From an uncultured Ruminococcus sp. (GTDB lineage: Bacteria; Bacillota; Clostridia; Oscillospirales; Acutalibacteraceae): a stretch of DNA of 61,425 nt. Under the pieces are notes generated by a model. That model saw only the letters and a program-made list of their open reading frames with translations. It did no database searches and was not told where the DNA came from. How positions within the stretch are numbered: position 1 is the stretch's first letter; the number at the start of each line of letters is the position of its first letter. Location of the stretch: assembly GCA_902803805.1 (NCBI GenBank), contig CADCRH010000041.1, forward strand, positions 1 through 61,425, given 5' to 3'. Below are positions 8,415-18,975 of this stretch, piece after piece. The translations under genes were made by a program, and so were the position numbers.

Positions 8415-9527
8415 ATGGAACAAAAATTGATCAAACCGCCTGTTGAAGTGCGTTATGCCGATGAGCTTGCGGCGCTCAAGGCATCAGATACAGGAAGAAA
8501 ACCCGATAACTGGCAGTTGTCGCCAAAGGCAGTGCGTACATTTATTCTCGGCTCTAAAAAGCCCATAGAATATAACGGACAAAAAATCGTTATCGGAAAA
8601 AAGTTTTACGGAAACGATGCACTGGTGGAAAGATGTATCATTACACTGGCAGGCAGCCGCGGACTGATGTTGGTCGGTGAACCTGGTACAGCCAAAACAA
8701 TGCTTTCCGAACTTCTTTCGGCTGCAATCAGCGGAACAAGTACCAACACGGTTCAGGGTACGGCAGGAACTACCGAGGATATGATAAAATACAGTTGGAA
8801 TTATGCACTTCTTCTCGCAAAAGGTCCTGTAAAAGAGGCGCTTGTCCCGTCACCGCTTTATGTTGGAATGTCAAAGGGAATTATCACACGCTTTGAAGAA
8901 ATTACTCGAACCCCTGCCGAAATTCAGGACAGCCTGATTTCCGTAATGAGTGACAATGTATTAAATATTCCCGAATTGGAGGAGGACGGACTTCTTTTCG
9001 CAAAGCCGGGGTTTAATATTATCGGTACGGCAAATATCCGCGATAAGGGCGTAAATGAAATGTCAAGCGCGCTCAAACGCCGATTTAATTTTGAAACCGT
9101 CAATCCCGTAAAGGATGTCAAACTTGAAAAGCAGATCATCATTAATGAAGTGGAGAAAAATGCGGTAGCAAGAAAAATCGATATGCCCGTCGATACCGAT
9201 GTTGCGGAGCTGCTAGCAGTTACCTATCACGAATTGCGTGAGGGTGTGTCGGAATCGGGAATGAAAATCGATAAACCGTCCGCCGTGATGAGTACAGCAG
9301 AGGCGGTTTCGGTATTTTATCAAACACTTTCCAATGCGTGGTATTATGAAGAAGATAAGCTGAATCTTGCAGACTTGACCCAAAACATCAATAATGCTGT
9401 TTGCAAGGACACCAAGGACGATTTGGAAAAATTGAAGGGTTATTATAACACCGTCATCAAGCATAAAGCAGAAAAGGTAGGGGGAATATGGAAAGAATTC
9501 TACGAAACAAGGAAATATTTGAAATAA
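8415..9527 (+). CDS. AAA+ ATPase, MoxR/AAA_5 (dynein-related) type, YehL-like
   Basis: Walker A in LMLVGEPGTAKTM. Walker-B-like ITRFEEI. Sensor and arginine region IIGTAN..SSALKRRF. Start is the ATG after GGAGGAG (MEQKLIKPP). Confidence 0.85.
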   Translation: MEQKLIKPPVEVRYADELAALKASDTGRKPDNWQLSPKAVRTFILGSKKPIEYNGQKIVIGKKFYGNDALVERCIITLAGSRGLMLVGEPGTAKTMLSELLSAAISGTSTNTVQGTAGTTEDMIKYSWNYALLLAKGPVKEALVPSPLYVGMSKGIITRFEEITRTPAEIQDSLISVMSDNVLNIPELEEDGLLFAKPGFNIIGTANIRDKGVNEMSSALKRRFNFETVNPVKDVKLEKQIIINEVEKNAVARKIDMPVDTDVAELLAVTYHELREGVSESGMKIDKPSAVMSTAEAVSVFYQTLSNAWYYEEDKLNLADLTQNINNAVCKDTKDDLEKLKGYYNTVIKHKAEKVGGIWKEFYETRKYLK

Positions 9528-11902
9528 TCCCGTTTGATTATTCAAAACCAATCTTATTTTTTCCTATCCGCCACCACAGTCCTGCGTGTTCGTATCATCT
9601 TTTGAAAGCGATTGATGAGTATGAGCCGGACTGCATACTGGTAGAAGGACCCAAAAATGCCGACAGACTTATTCCTGTTTTGACAAATGCCGATACAGCT
9701 TTGCCAATAGCATTTTATTATTTTTACAAAGATACCAAAAAGCTGATTAGTGAAGAAGCGGACGATTATAAATGTTATTATCCTTTTCTGGATTCTTCAC
9801 CGGAATATAACGCACTTCTTACAGCGACAAAGCGTCATATTGACTGTGGTTTTATTGATTTGCCTTTCGGTGAGATACTGATCAACACCGCCGAGAACAA
9901 AGGAATCAGAACCCAGCGTGAAATTCAAAGCTATAATGACGATTACTATTTGTCACAGAGCCGTTTTTTCAACCTTTTGTGCGAGAAAACGGGAATGAGA
10001 AGCTTTGAGGAATTCTGGGAAAAGTTTTTTGAAATTGACGGATTGTATATTGATACCGAAGAATTCGTGTCACGTATGCTTTCGTATTGTTATCTCACAA
10101 GACAAAACACACCGCAGGAGGAAATGCAGTCGGACGGCTGTTTGGTGCGCGAGCGTTTTATGGCGGAAAATATTCTTGATGCCGCAAACACCCATCAGCG
10201 TGTGATGGTAGTGACAGGCGGTTTTCATACATACGGTTTGTACAGTTTGGTAACATCGCCGCTTCAAACAAAAAAGGTCAAAATACATCATTTCAGTGAT
10301 AAGATACAAAACGTTTATGCAATGGCATACTCCTTTGAAGCCGCAGACGCATTGAATGGTTATGCTTCGGGTATGCAGAATCCCGGATTTTATGACAAAA
10401 TATGGAAAAAGACCAAGGAAAAAGATATATCATCGGCTCCGCTTGACGATGTATATGAAACAACGGTGCTTGACACCTTGTTACAGTGCGGCAAAAAATG
10501 CGGCAAATCAAAACTCCTCATTACAATGTCGGACATTGCCTCGGCAGTCAATCTATACAGCGGTCTTGCAGCGCTCCGTGACAAAAAATCCGCAGGACTT
10601 TATGAATTGTATGACAGTGTAGGAAGTTGTTTTATCAAAGGAGAACGGAATCTGTCAAGTGAACTGCCGCTTAAACTGCTGAGTGAAATTGCAACAGGCA
10701 GCGAAATCGGCAAACTGTGCGATACAGCAGAAAAAATACCTCTTTTAAATGACTTTGAACAGCTATGCACAAAGTATAAACTGAAAATCGATCATATTAT
10801 TGAACAGAAAACCGAGTTGGATATATTTTCAAAGCCCTTGCATATGGAAATCAGCCGATTTTTCTATCGTATGAGTTTTCTTGAAACAGGTTTTGCGAAA
10901 AGGATCAAGGGTGCGGATATTATCAATAATACAGACAGAAGCCGTATCAGAGAAATATGGTCGTATAAACGAAGTACAATGACAGATTCGGCGCTGATCG
11001 ACTACAGTGCTTATGGCGGAACCATAGAAGAAGCGTGTACCATTACCGCTGTCAGACGTTTGAGAAACGAACAAAAATGCAGTGATGCGGCAAAAATGTA
11101 TGTGGAATGTTTTTTGATGGGCATTGATGTAACAGAAAATTTTGCAGACAAAATGAATGACATCATTATCAATGACGGTGATTTTTTCTCGATAGGAAAG
11201 GGTATTTATTATTTCAATATGCTGCATTCTCTCGGAAAGATGTATCGAGCCGAAAAACCGTCAACGGAATATTTTCTGGTCAAATGCTTTCAGAAAATCA
11301 TTGTGATGCTTCCGTCAATGATCAATGTACAGACCGAATACTCGGATGAATGTATTCAAATCTGCAAAATGCTTTATAACCTTGTTTCCGACGATGTGTT
11401 AAATTCCTCACGGGAAATTCTTACAGACACCTACCAAACGATGACCGAAAGCGATCATCCCGAACCGGCATTGTACGGTGCACTGCTTGGCTTGCTCTAC
11501 GGCACCGATTCATCATACAAAACAAAAATCAAATATGCCTTTGAGGGATATTTAAAGGGAACGCCCGAAATGCAGAAACAAGGCGCTGTTTTTCTTCGCG
11601 GACTGTTTTCTGCCGCAAGAGATATTGTTCTGGTCGGTGATGAATTTATCAAAATCACCGACAGTCTTATTCGGTCGCTTTCAATGGAAGATTTTATCGA
11701 AGTGCTTCCCGAACTGCGTCTTGCCTTCGGCTATTTCACACCGTCTGAGATTGACAGTATCGCTGAAAAAGCCGCCGCATTATACGATCGGTCGGGAGAG
11801 GAAATCAAAAAAAGCTTTGAATATGATGAACAACTGTATGTAACGGGATTAAAGCTTGAAAAGCAGATCTTGCCCGAAACCGAATCGGAGGTGATCTTGT
11901 GA
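9488..11902 (+). CDS. DUF5682-like protein (YehM-like)
   Basis: 804-aa ORF overlapping the ATPase gene by 40 nt. The N-terminus ILFFPIRHHSPACSYHL..PDCILVEGP fits my recollection of DUF5682. There is no alternative in-frame start downstream of the overlap. Confidence 0.7.
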   Translation: MERILRNKEIFEIIPFDYSKPILFFPIRHHSPACSYHLLKAIDEYEPDCILVEGPKNADRLIPVLTNADTALPIAFYYFYKDTKKLISEEADDYKCYYPFLDSSPEYNALLTATKRHIDCGFIDLPFGEILINTAENKGIRTQREIQSYNDDYYLSQSRFFNLLCEKTGMRSFEEFWEKFFEIDGLYIDTEEFVSRMLSYCYLTRQNTPQEEMQSDGCLVRERFMAENILDAANTHQRVMVVTGGFHTYGLYSLVTSPLQTKKVKIHHFSDKIQNVYAMAYSFEAADALNGYASGMQNPGFYDKIWKKTKEKDISSAPLDDVYETTVLDTLLQCGKKCGKSKLLITMSDIASAVNLYSGLAALRDKKSAGLYELYDSVGSCFIKGERNLSSELPLKLLSEIATGSEIGKLCDTAEKIPLLNDFEQLCTKYKLKIDHIIEQKTELDIFSKPLHMEISRFFYRMSFLETGFAKRIKGADIINNTDRSRIREIWSYKRSTMTDSALIDYSAYGGTIEEACTITAVRRLRNEQKCSDAAKMYVECFLMGIDVTENFADKMNDIIINDGDFFSIGKGIYYFNMLHSLGKMYRAEKPSTEYFLVKCFQKIIVMLPSMINVQTEYSDECIQICKMLYNLVSDDVLNSSREILTDTYQTMTESDHPEPALYGALLGLLYGTDSSYKTKIKYAFEGYLKGTPEMQKQGAVFLRGLFSAARDIVLVGDEFIKITDSLIRSLSMEDFIEVLPELRLAFGYFTPSEIDSIAEKAAALYDRSGEEIKKSFEYDEQLYVTGLKLEKQILPETESEVIL

Positions 11903-13017
11903 CGGAGGAAAATTTAAATAAATGGCGTTTGATTCTCGGCAAGAATTCCGAAAGACATATCAGCTTTTCGGGCAGTTATGCTCCGACCATTTCGTTTGAG
12001 CATATGGAGGAAACACTTGATTTTCTCTATCAAAACGAATACGGTGAAAGCCTGATGCGAACAGCGGGAGGAGGAAGTTCCGCTCCGTATATTGCCGAAT
12101 GGATCAATGAGGTTCGCCGTCTGTTTCCGAAAAAAACCGTTGAAATTCTTGAAAAACAGGCGCTTGATCATTTTCATATGACGGAGCTTTTGACGGACAA
12201 GGCAGTTTTACAGAAAATGGAACCCAATACCGAACTTCTGAAAACGATCTTACAGTTTAAGAATCTTATGCAGACAGACGTAAAACTGGAAGCGAAAAAA
12301 ATCATCAAAAAAGTTGTTGATCAAATTTCCGAACAGCTTCAAACAGAAATCAAACGTTCACTTCTGGGAAAACTGAACCGCAATATGCCCTCCAATGTAA
12401 AATCAATGAGAAATCTTGACATTAAACGCACTATCAGCCGCAATCTTAAAAATTATGATACCAAAAACGACAGATTGATGTTAAAGGATATCTATTTTAA
12501 CAGCCGTACCAAACGTCATAATAAATGGAAAGTCATCATTGCCGTGGACGAAAGCGGTTCTATGCTGGATTCTGTGATCTACAGCGCAGTAATGGCAGGA
12601 ATTTTTGCAGGTCTGCCGATGATCGACACAAAGCTTGTCGTTTTTGATACCGATGTGGTAGATTTAAGCGGATATGTTGATGATCCGGTGGAAATTCTGA
12701 TGGGAATGCAGCTTGGCGGCGGTACTGATATCGCCGGTGCGATCTCGTATTGTGAAACATTATGTACGGATCCACACGAAACTATCTTTGTTACCGTAAC
12801 CGACCTTTATGAAGGAGGAAATGTCCGCCATCTGTATAAAACCTGTTCGGACATTATCGGAAGCGGAAGTAAAATGTTGTTTCTGACGGCGCTTGACCGG
12901 GAAGCGAATCCCGTATATGACCACAATATCGGTCAGAAACTTGCGAATATGGGCGCATTTGTCGGTGCAATGACACCCGAACAGCTTGGCGATTATGTCG
13001 GAAAAATGATAGGGTAA
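11899..13017 (+). CDS. VWA domain protein with intact MIDAS (YehP-like)
   Basis: GTG start in a GTGA overlap with the upstream stop. MIDAS residues: IIAVDESGSM (DxSxS), GGGTDIAGA, VTVTDLYEGG. Confidence 0.85.
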   Translation: MTEENLNKWRLILGKNSERHISFSGSYAPTISFEHMEETLDFLYQNEYGESLMRTAGGGSSAPYIAEWINEVRRLFPKKTVEILEKQALDHFHMTELLTDKAVLQKMEPNTELLKTILQFKNLMQTDVKLEAKKIIKKVVDQISEQLQTEIKRSLLGKLNRNMPSNVKSMRNLDIKRTISRNLKNYDTKNDRLMLKDIYFNSRTKRHNKWKVIIAVDESGSMLDSVIYSAVMAGIFAGLPMIDTKLVVFDTDVVDLSGYVDDPVEILMGMQLGGGTDIAGAISYCETLCTDPHETIFVTVTDLYEGGNVRHLYKTCSDIIGSGSKMLFLTALDREANPVYDHNIGQKLANMGAFVGAMTPEQLGDYVGKMIG

Positions 13018-13029
13018 GGCGGTGATGGA

Positions 13030-15093
13030 ATGAATGATTTTAGAAATGCGGTCAAAACCGCTGATGATGATTATTTGACAGGATTAAGCAATAAGGGTAC
13101 TCTGAAACGTTCTTATAAGGATTTGGAATCTGTTGAAATTTCCGCAAATTGTACGGAACATAATGCGGAAGTCACAGTCGGCGACGAAAAATGCAGCATT
13201 GTTTCTCCGCTTGCCGAAAGCAAATGTACCTGTCCATCCAGAAGTATCTGCCGCCATATCATCACGTCAATTTTGTGGCTCAAAAAGAATCTTTTCGATG
13301 ATGAAGCAATGGTTTCCGAAGAATGTAATGATGAAGCGGAAGCTGTGCAGAAAGAAAAAACAGTTGCCGCTCAGAAATCGCTTGAGGATGAGCTTTCGGA
13401 ATATTCGCTTGCAGCACTTCAAAAGGCAATGAAAAAACGCTTTTACAATGCCTTTGCAGAAAAGCTTCGTGTAGGCTATCTGCCGCCGATGGAGGAGCTT
13501 TCCATCATCACGGTTGAAATCTATGAAGATAATGCCACAGTAAAATTGATCAGTCCTGTTACATATTCTGCCTGTACCTGTCACAGCAAAGAACTGTGCA
13601 AGCATAAAGCAGCAGCGATTCTGGCGTGGCAAGTAAAACACAACAGACTGCCCTTGACGCAACTGGAACCGATAGGCGATACCAACGTGAAATCGGATAT
13701 GGAAACCGTCAAAACAACGGCTGTCAATACTTTGCAATTCCTTTCAAAACTTCTTTCTGACGGACTTGTCAGGGCTTCCGGCGACATTGCACAGCAAGCG
13801 GAATCAACCGCTGTAATGTGCCATAATTCCCGTCTTGCAGATGCCGAGCGTTCAATGAGGGAGATCAGCACCCGACTGACTGCTTATATTGAACATTCGC
13901 CCGAATTTGACGCAAGCATTTTATTTTCACTGATAATGGATACCGTCATAATGATTCAAAAAATCATTGCCGAAAATGACGCCAAAAAGTTGGAAAGAAT
14001 TCTCGGTGATTTTAAAAGTACCTATATAACCTCCGAAACATTGGAAATGATTCCTATTTCGCGCCGGCATTTTTCCTCTGCGGCAGGCTATGAGGGAGAG
14101 ATCTATTACTTTATCAATACCGATGAAAATTCACAAAATCCCTATCTTACCTATTCGGATGTCAGACCGACGTTTTATCAGACTAACAGAAAAAAGTCAA
14201 AATCCTCTGCACCGTGGGGACTTCACGGAAGCATTGACGAAATCACCAAATCACAGTTGAGATTAAAATTTCCGAAGCTTTCGGGAGGAAAAATCTCTTC
14301 TTCCAGCGAAACAACAGCAGAGATCGTTGCAAAAGTCAATCTGAATCAGCCTTGTGTAACGAAAAGAATCTATACGGATTTTTCAAATATGATCGGCGAT
14401 ATATTTTCCAAACCGTCATATGCCGAAACGGACAGACTGGTGTTCATTGCTCCGACAAAATGTATCAGTTCGCGGTCGGATGAAATCACACAATCACATG
14501 TCATTGTTGTGGAAGACCAATTCGGTCAGCGGCTTGCTTTGAAGCTGCGCTATCAAAGCGGAAACAATAATGATTTCAAAACGCTGGTCTATGCAGGCGA
14601 TGTAATGCTTGCCCATCCGGAGAAAAAATTTGTCATATTCGGAAACACCTATATTGAAAACGGCGAATGTTTTATCTATCCAATATCAATTTTCGATACA
14701 GTTTTCAACAGTTTTGCCATCCCCGAAAACACCAATAAAGAACCGCAATATCAAACCAACGGTGAAAGCGGTTATTCGTATTTTTCGGCATTTTTCAAAA
14801 ATGTCACCAAAATGCTTGGTGATATGATACAATGCGGAATCAATTCATTTGACCTATATGAACAAATTTTTGATTATCGTGAAGAAAGTCAAAAAATAGG
14901 CTTGCTGAACCTCTCACAAAAGCTGTATCATCTATATGAACAGCTAAAGCAAAAAAATCACAGCATTGAAAACGATAACCGCGAAATCATAACGATCATC
15001 TCTGATATTTACCATTATTTGAAAATAGGAACAGCCAAAACAGAGATTCAACAGGCAATAGAAAATCTGAAAAATATCAAGGAGGACAACTAA
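13030..15093 (+). CDS. SWIM zinc-finger protein (YehQ-like)
   Basis: Two CxCx5CxH SWIM signatures: CTCPSRSICRH and CTCHSKELCKH. RBS AAGGCGGTG upstream. Confidence 0.8.
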   Translation: MNDFRNAVKTADDDYLTGLSNKGTLKRSYKDLESVEISANCTEHNAEVTVGDEKCSIVSPLAESKCTCPSRSICRHIITSILWLKKNLFDDEAMVSEECNDEAEAVQKEKTVAAQKSLEDELSEYSLAALQKAMKKRFYNAFAEKLRVGYLPPMEELSIITVEIYEDNATVKLISPVTYSACTCHSKELCKHKAAAILAWQVKHNRLPLTQLEPIGDTNVKSDMETVKTTAVNTLQFLSKLLSDGLVRASGDIAQQAESTAVMCHNSRLADAERSMREISTRLTAYIEHSPEFDASILFSLIMDTVIMIQKIIAENDAKKLERILGDFKSTYITSETLEMIPISRRHFSSAAGYEGEIYYFINTDENSQNPYLTYSDVRPTFYQTNRKKSKSSAPWGLHGSIDEITKSQLRLKFPKLSGGKISSSSETTAEIVAKVNLNQPCVTKRIYTDFSNMIGDIFSKPSYAETDRLVFIAPTKCISSRSDEITQSHVIVVEDQFGQRLALKLRYQSGNNNDFKTLVYAGDVMLAHPEKKFVIFGNTYIENGECFIYPISIFDTVFNSFAIPENTNKEPQYQTNGESGYSYFSAFFKNVTKMLGDMIQCGINSFDLYEQIFDYREESQKIGLLNLSQKLYHLYEQLKQKNHSIENDNREIITIISDIYHYLKIGTAKTEIQQAIENLKNIKEDN

Positions 15094-15094
15094 A

Positions 15095-18000
15095 ATGGAT
15101 TTAATGTCAAACAGCAGCGATACAAGCATACAGGCGGAAATCATCGGCATTTTTAAAGACTTGCAGGTTGATAGGAAAATTCTTGACATTGTGGAGGAAT
15201 TTTTTGACTTTTCAAAAGATCTGAATCTTGACCTTTTGTCATTTGAGCCGCAGCATAATCTTTACTATCAAAATTTGTCCACACACAAAGCAATGACTCT
15301 GTTCCGTAAATTAAGCGTTAACAACTTCTATAAGTATAGTGACAGATATATTTTGTTTGCCGAGGCACTGGGAGTAAAAGCAATGTTCAATACGATAGTA
15401 GATTGCTACGGCTTTTACAAAGCAAAAAATGACAGTCTTTTCAAAAAGCGTGTCCTTCACGCACTGGAAAGAAGATACGGAGAATTTTACGCCAACGCAA
15501 GGTTAATGGCGCTGAGTGAGGTAAGTTATCAATCCAGCTATCAATCCGGTACTTTGTATTTTGACCAGTATCTGATATTTGAGGCAAAAGTCCATCCCCG
15601 TCTTGTTTATGAAGCAGGAAAAATTCTTATGCAGGACGGCTACTGCCATCACCTGATGAAAGATAAAAATGATGTCAAATCTGTACAAAAGTTGTTTGCT
15701 TTGGTTTTGGCATATATCAAGCCCGACGGTCAGGCAGCGCTCAAGAAAAATGAAGAACCTACCGAAAATGACCTGACGGAAACAGAAATCAAAGAAATGA
15801 CCTATTATATCCTAAATGCTGCCAAAAACGTAATGTCGATCACCGAAGAAATGCATTCATTGGTATTTCTGTTTATGTCAATGAATCACAGCAATGAGGT
15901 CAAGGAACATTTAAAGTATATGGTTCGGGGAAAAAACGAACACTACTATACGTTTGCACTGTCGGCGATAATGGAAAAGACACCCATTCTGTACTTTAAG
16001 AAACACGTAAAGGATCTGGCAGATCTGATAGAGGTTGACGCATCGAAGGAAAATGCCGTCAAAGCAGTACAGGCAGGCGTTTACGCGATGTGGAAAGGGA
16101 ATGCCTTTACACCGAACAGCACGATCAATGAAATAGGCAGCAACGGTCAGGAACTGGTTATCTATATGATCGAAAACGATCCGGAAGCTTTTGTAGAGGT
16201 AATGTATTCGACCGAGCTGTTTTACAATGGCGGTACAGGCTATGCACCGAAGTATTACTTTACGCTTTTTGAAGATCTGTATAAAATGCTTGCGACATTC
16301 AATCCGCAGGTGATCAAGGACTTTGACATCGATTATAACCGTGATATTCTGAAACTGACCGTTGAAGCCGAAAAGAAGTTCACCAAAGTTGCCGGTGATG
16401 AAATAGCGGCATATCTCAGCGGTGAAAAAGAGATCACTGTCATAGAGCCGTATATCGACCAAATTGCCGACCCGAAAAATTATTTGGATTCGGGAACATA
16501 CCATACCTCAAAGATCATTGACGCACTGGACAGCAATCCGAAGTTTAAGGCACGATATGTTGCGCTGAAAGCCATTCAGGCAAAGCATATTCTTTTACAG
16601 TATGCCAGAAATTTCTATAATGACAAAGAAAGCAAATACGGATATGTTAAAGAGCTGATCAAAGAGCTGATCGATGAAAAAGTGCCGATCGACCACCGAT
16701 TTGCTCTTTATGAAAATCTTTATGAAGGACTTTGGGAGTTGGAGGATAAGAACGAAGTTGAAAAGATCGTTTTTGAAGCGATGGTCGAACACAGTGAAGA
16801 CTTTGACGAAAGCTATCGAAACATCTGTTTGAACGGCACTGTTTTTGAACGCAAAAATTATGTAAAGTATCTTGACGCCACCAACGGCGATGATAACAAA
16901 AATAAGGACGCTATCGTTGCAATGTGTAAGGACGCTTCCAAGGAAGTAAGATACACCGTTATTGATGTAATCGCAAAGCATAAGGAATATGAAAAAGAGG
17001 TTATAGCACTTCTTGAAGCGAAAAAAATCTCTGTTCGTGAAACAGCGGTCGATATTCTCGGAAGATGGGGAGCAGATCACTACGAAGAGATACTGACAGC
17101 CGCAGCCGAAAAGGAAAAGAGTGCCAAGCTGATCGACAAAATCAATGATATGTTGGCGATGTCATCGGCACCGACAAACGACGGCGAAACCATCTTTGTA
17201 CCGACACAGTTTATTGAAACCATCCATAAGGGCGGACGAAACAAGAAAATTCTTTGGCTGTATGAAACACCGAATCCCGAAGTGCATTTTAACAACGGCG
17301 GCAAAGCCGATGATAAATATATGCAGGCAATAATGCTTTGCTATTCGGGAATGACCGTTTTCGGAGTGAGCGAAAATGCTGAGCTTCTTGCCAAGGAACT
17401 GAATACGGAGGAACTTTGCCGTTTTGCTGCGGAGATCTATTCAAAGTGGCTTTCGGCAGGTGCCGAGTCCAAGAAAAAATGGGTCATTAACTTTGCGGCT
17501 GTTCACGGCGGAAGCAATATGATAGAGGTGATTCTTCGCTGTATCAAGGAATGGTCGGAAAATATGCGCGGTGCGATAGCGGCAGAAGCGGTGAAAGCGC
17601 TTGCGATGAATGGCACTTCTCAGGCATTGATGTCGATCGACAATATTGCACATAAATTCAAGCATAAGCAGGTCAAAAATGCTGCGGTTCAGGCTCTCGA
17701 CAGTGCTGCCGAAGCTCTTGGAATCACCGCAGATGAATTGGGTGACAGAATCGTTCCGAATCTTGGTTTTGACGAGAATATGGAAAGAATTTTCGATTAC
17801 GGTACCAGAAAATTCAAGGTATATTTGACACCTTCACTGGAATTGGAAGTGTTCGACGAAAATAATAAAAAGTTAAAGAACCTTCCGGCTCCCGGTAAAA
17901 AGGACACAGAGGACATTGCCAAAGCGTCAAATGCCGAATTCAAGCAAATGAAAAAACAGATGAAGAATGTCATTTCGATTCAGAAAATGCGTCTTGAAAC

Positions 18001-18748
18001 AGCGCTTCTTGCCGACAGAAGATGGACGGTGGAGAACTGGAAAAAGCTGTTTGTCCAAAATCCCGTTATGCACAGTTTTGCAATCGGTTTGATATGGGCA
18101 GCCTATGAAGACGATACATTGGTACAAACATTCAGGTATATGGAGGACGGAACATTCAATACCTCCGAAGAGGACGAGTATGAGCTTTCCGAAAATCTGA
18201 CGATCGGACTTGTTCACCCAATCGATCTTGATAAAGAAGAACTTTCTATTTGGAAAGAGCAGCTTTCCGATTATGAAATCACTCAGCCGATCGAACAGCT
18301 TGACCGTAAAATTTATAGAATCAAAGAGGAAGAAATCGGCAAAATTGACCTTGAACGTTTCAGAGGTCGTTCCATTAACGGAATGTCACTGATGGGCAGG
18401 GCATTAAAATTAGGCTGGTATAAAGGTTCACCGCAGGATGCAGGCTGTTTCTTTGAATTTTATCGTGAAGACATCACTGCCCGTATCAAGAATGATGATG
18501 GAACGGTTACACTTTTAGGCAATGCCGCAGAGCTTCATTTTGAAGGAATGTATATTGCAGGAGATGATTCCGAGGTTCAAATCGAAAATGTTCGTTTCTA
18601 CCAACCGGGAAAAGTTCAGCGCGGAAGCTATGTATATGACGAAGTGAACAATGAAAAGGCGATTTCTCTTGATAAGATCAGTCCCCGTTATTTCAGCGAG
18701 ATGATCAATCAATTGGAAACAATCACCAAAACAGTGGAAAATAACTGA
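15095..18748 (+). CDS. DUF4132 domain protein with HEAT-like repeats (YehI/MolR-like)
   Basis: 1217-aa ORF starting 1 nt after the SWIM stop, behind AAGGAGGA. HEAT-like VRYTVIDVIAKH..VRETAVDILGRWG. The C-terminal RRWTVENWKKLFVQNPVMHSFAIGLIWAAY..FRYMEDGTF..LVHPIDL..W..LSDYEITQPIEQLDR fits the DUF4132 pattern. Confidence 0.8.
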   Translation: MDLMSNSSDTSIQAEIIGIFKDLQVDRKILDIVEEFFDFSKDLNLDLLSFEPQHNLYYQNLSTHKAMTLFRKLSVNNFYKYSDRYILFAEALGVKAMFNTIVDCYGFYKAKNDSLFKKRVLHALERRYGEFYANARLMALSEVSYQSSYQSGTLYFDQYLIFEAKVHPRLVYEAGKILMQDGYCHHLMKDKNDVKSVQKLFALVLAYIKPDGQAALKKNEEPTENDLTETEIKEMTYYILNAAKNVMSITEEMHSLVFLFMSMNHSNEVKEHLKYMVRGKNEHYYTFALSAIMEKTPILYFKKHVKDLADLIEVDASKENAVKAVQAGVYAMWKGNAFTPNSTINEIGSNGQELVIYMIENDPEAFVEVMYSTELFYNGGTGYAPKYYFTLFEDLYKMLATFNPQVIKDFDIDYNRDILKLTVEAEKKFTKVAGDEIAAYLSGEKEITVIEPYIDQIADPKNYLDSGTYHTSKIIDALDSNPKFKARYVALKAIQAKHILLQYARNFYNDKESKYGYVKELIKELIDEKVPIDHRFALYENLYEGLWELEDKNEVEKIVFEAMVEHSEDFDESYRNICLNGTVFERKNYVKYLDATNGDDNKNKDAIVAMCKDASKEVRYTVIDVIAKHKEYEKEVIALLEAKKISVRETAVDILGRWGADHYEEILTAAAEKEKSAKLIDKINDMLAMSSAPTNDGETIFVPTQFIETIHKGGRNKKILWLYETPNPEVHFNNGGKADDKYMQAIMLCYSGMTVFGVSENAELLAKELNTEELCRFAAEIYSKWLSAGAESKKKWVINFAAVHGGSNMIEVILRCIKEWSENMRGAIAAEAVKALAMNGTSQALMSIDNIAHKFKHKQVKNAAVQALDSAAEALGITADELGDRIVPNLGFDENMERIFDYGTRKFKVYLTPSLELEVFDENNKKLKNLPAPGKKDTEDIAKASNAEFKQMKKQMKNVISIQKMRLETALLADRRWTVENWKKLFVQNPVMHSFAIGLIWAAYEDDTLVQTFRYMEDGTFNTSEEDEYELSENLTIGLVHPIDLDKEELSIWKEQLSDYEITQPIEQLDRKIYRIKEEEIGKIDLERFRGRSINGMSLMGRALKLGWYKGSPQDAGCFFEFYREDITARIKNDDGTVTLLGNAAELHFEGMYIAGDDSEVQIENVRFYQPGKVQRGSYVYDEVNNEKAISLDKISPRYFSEMINQLETITKTVENN

Positions 18749-18760
18749 TATTCTAAAATG

Positions 18761-18794
18761 TGGCTGTCGTAAAAGCAAAAATTTTGCGGCAGCC
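18761..18794 (+). terminator. Hairpin just after the DUF4132 stop (weak terminator)
   Basis: GGCTGTCG..CGGCAGCC stem with one G-U pair. The downstream T-tract is poor. Confidence 0.4.
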
Positions 18795-18975
18795 TTAAAC
18801 TTTGAAAAAGTACTTTTTATTTTTGCCTGATAATTGACAGTATTTTCTAAAAATACTTTTCTTGTAAGTTGCCCACCGACCAAAGTTTGCAACACTCTTC
18901 ACAACGACAGATTTTTCTATCAAATATTTGGTGGTACACAGACCGTATAACGAAAACAGATAGATTATAATAGAA

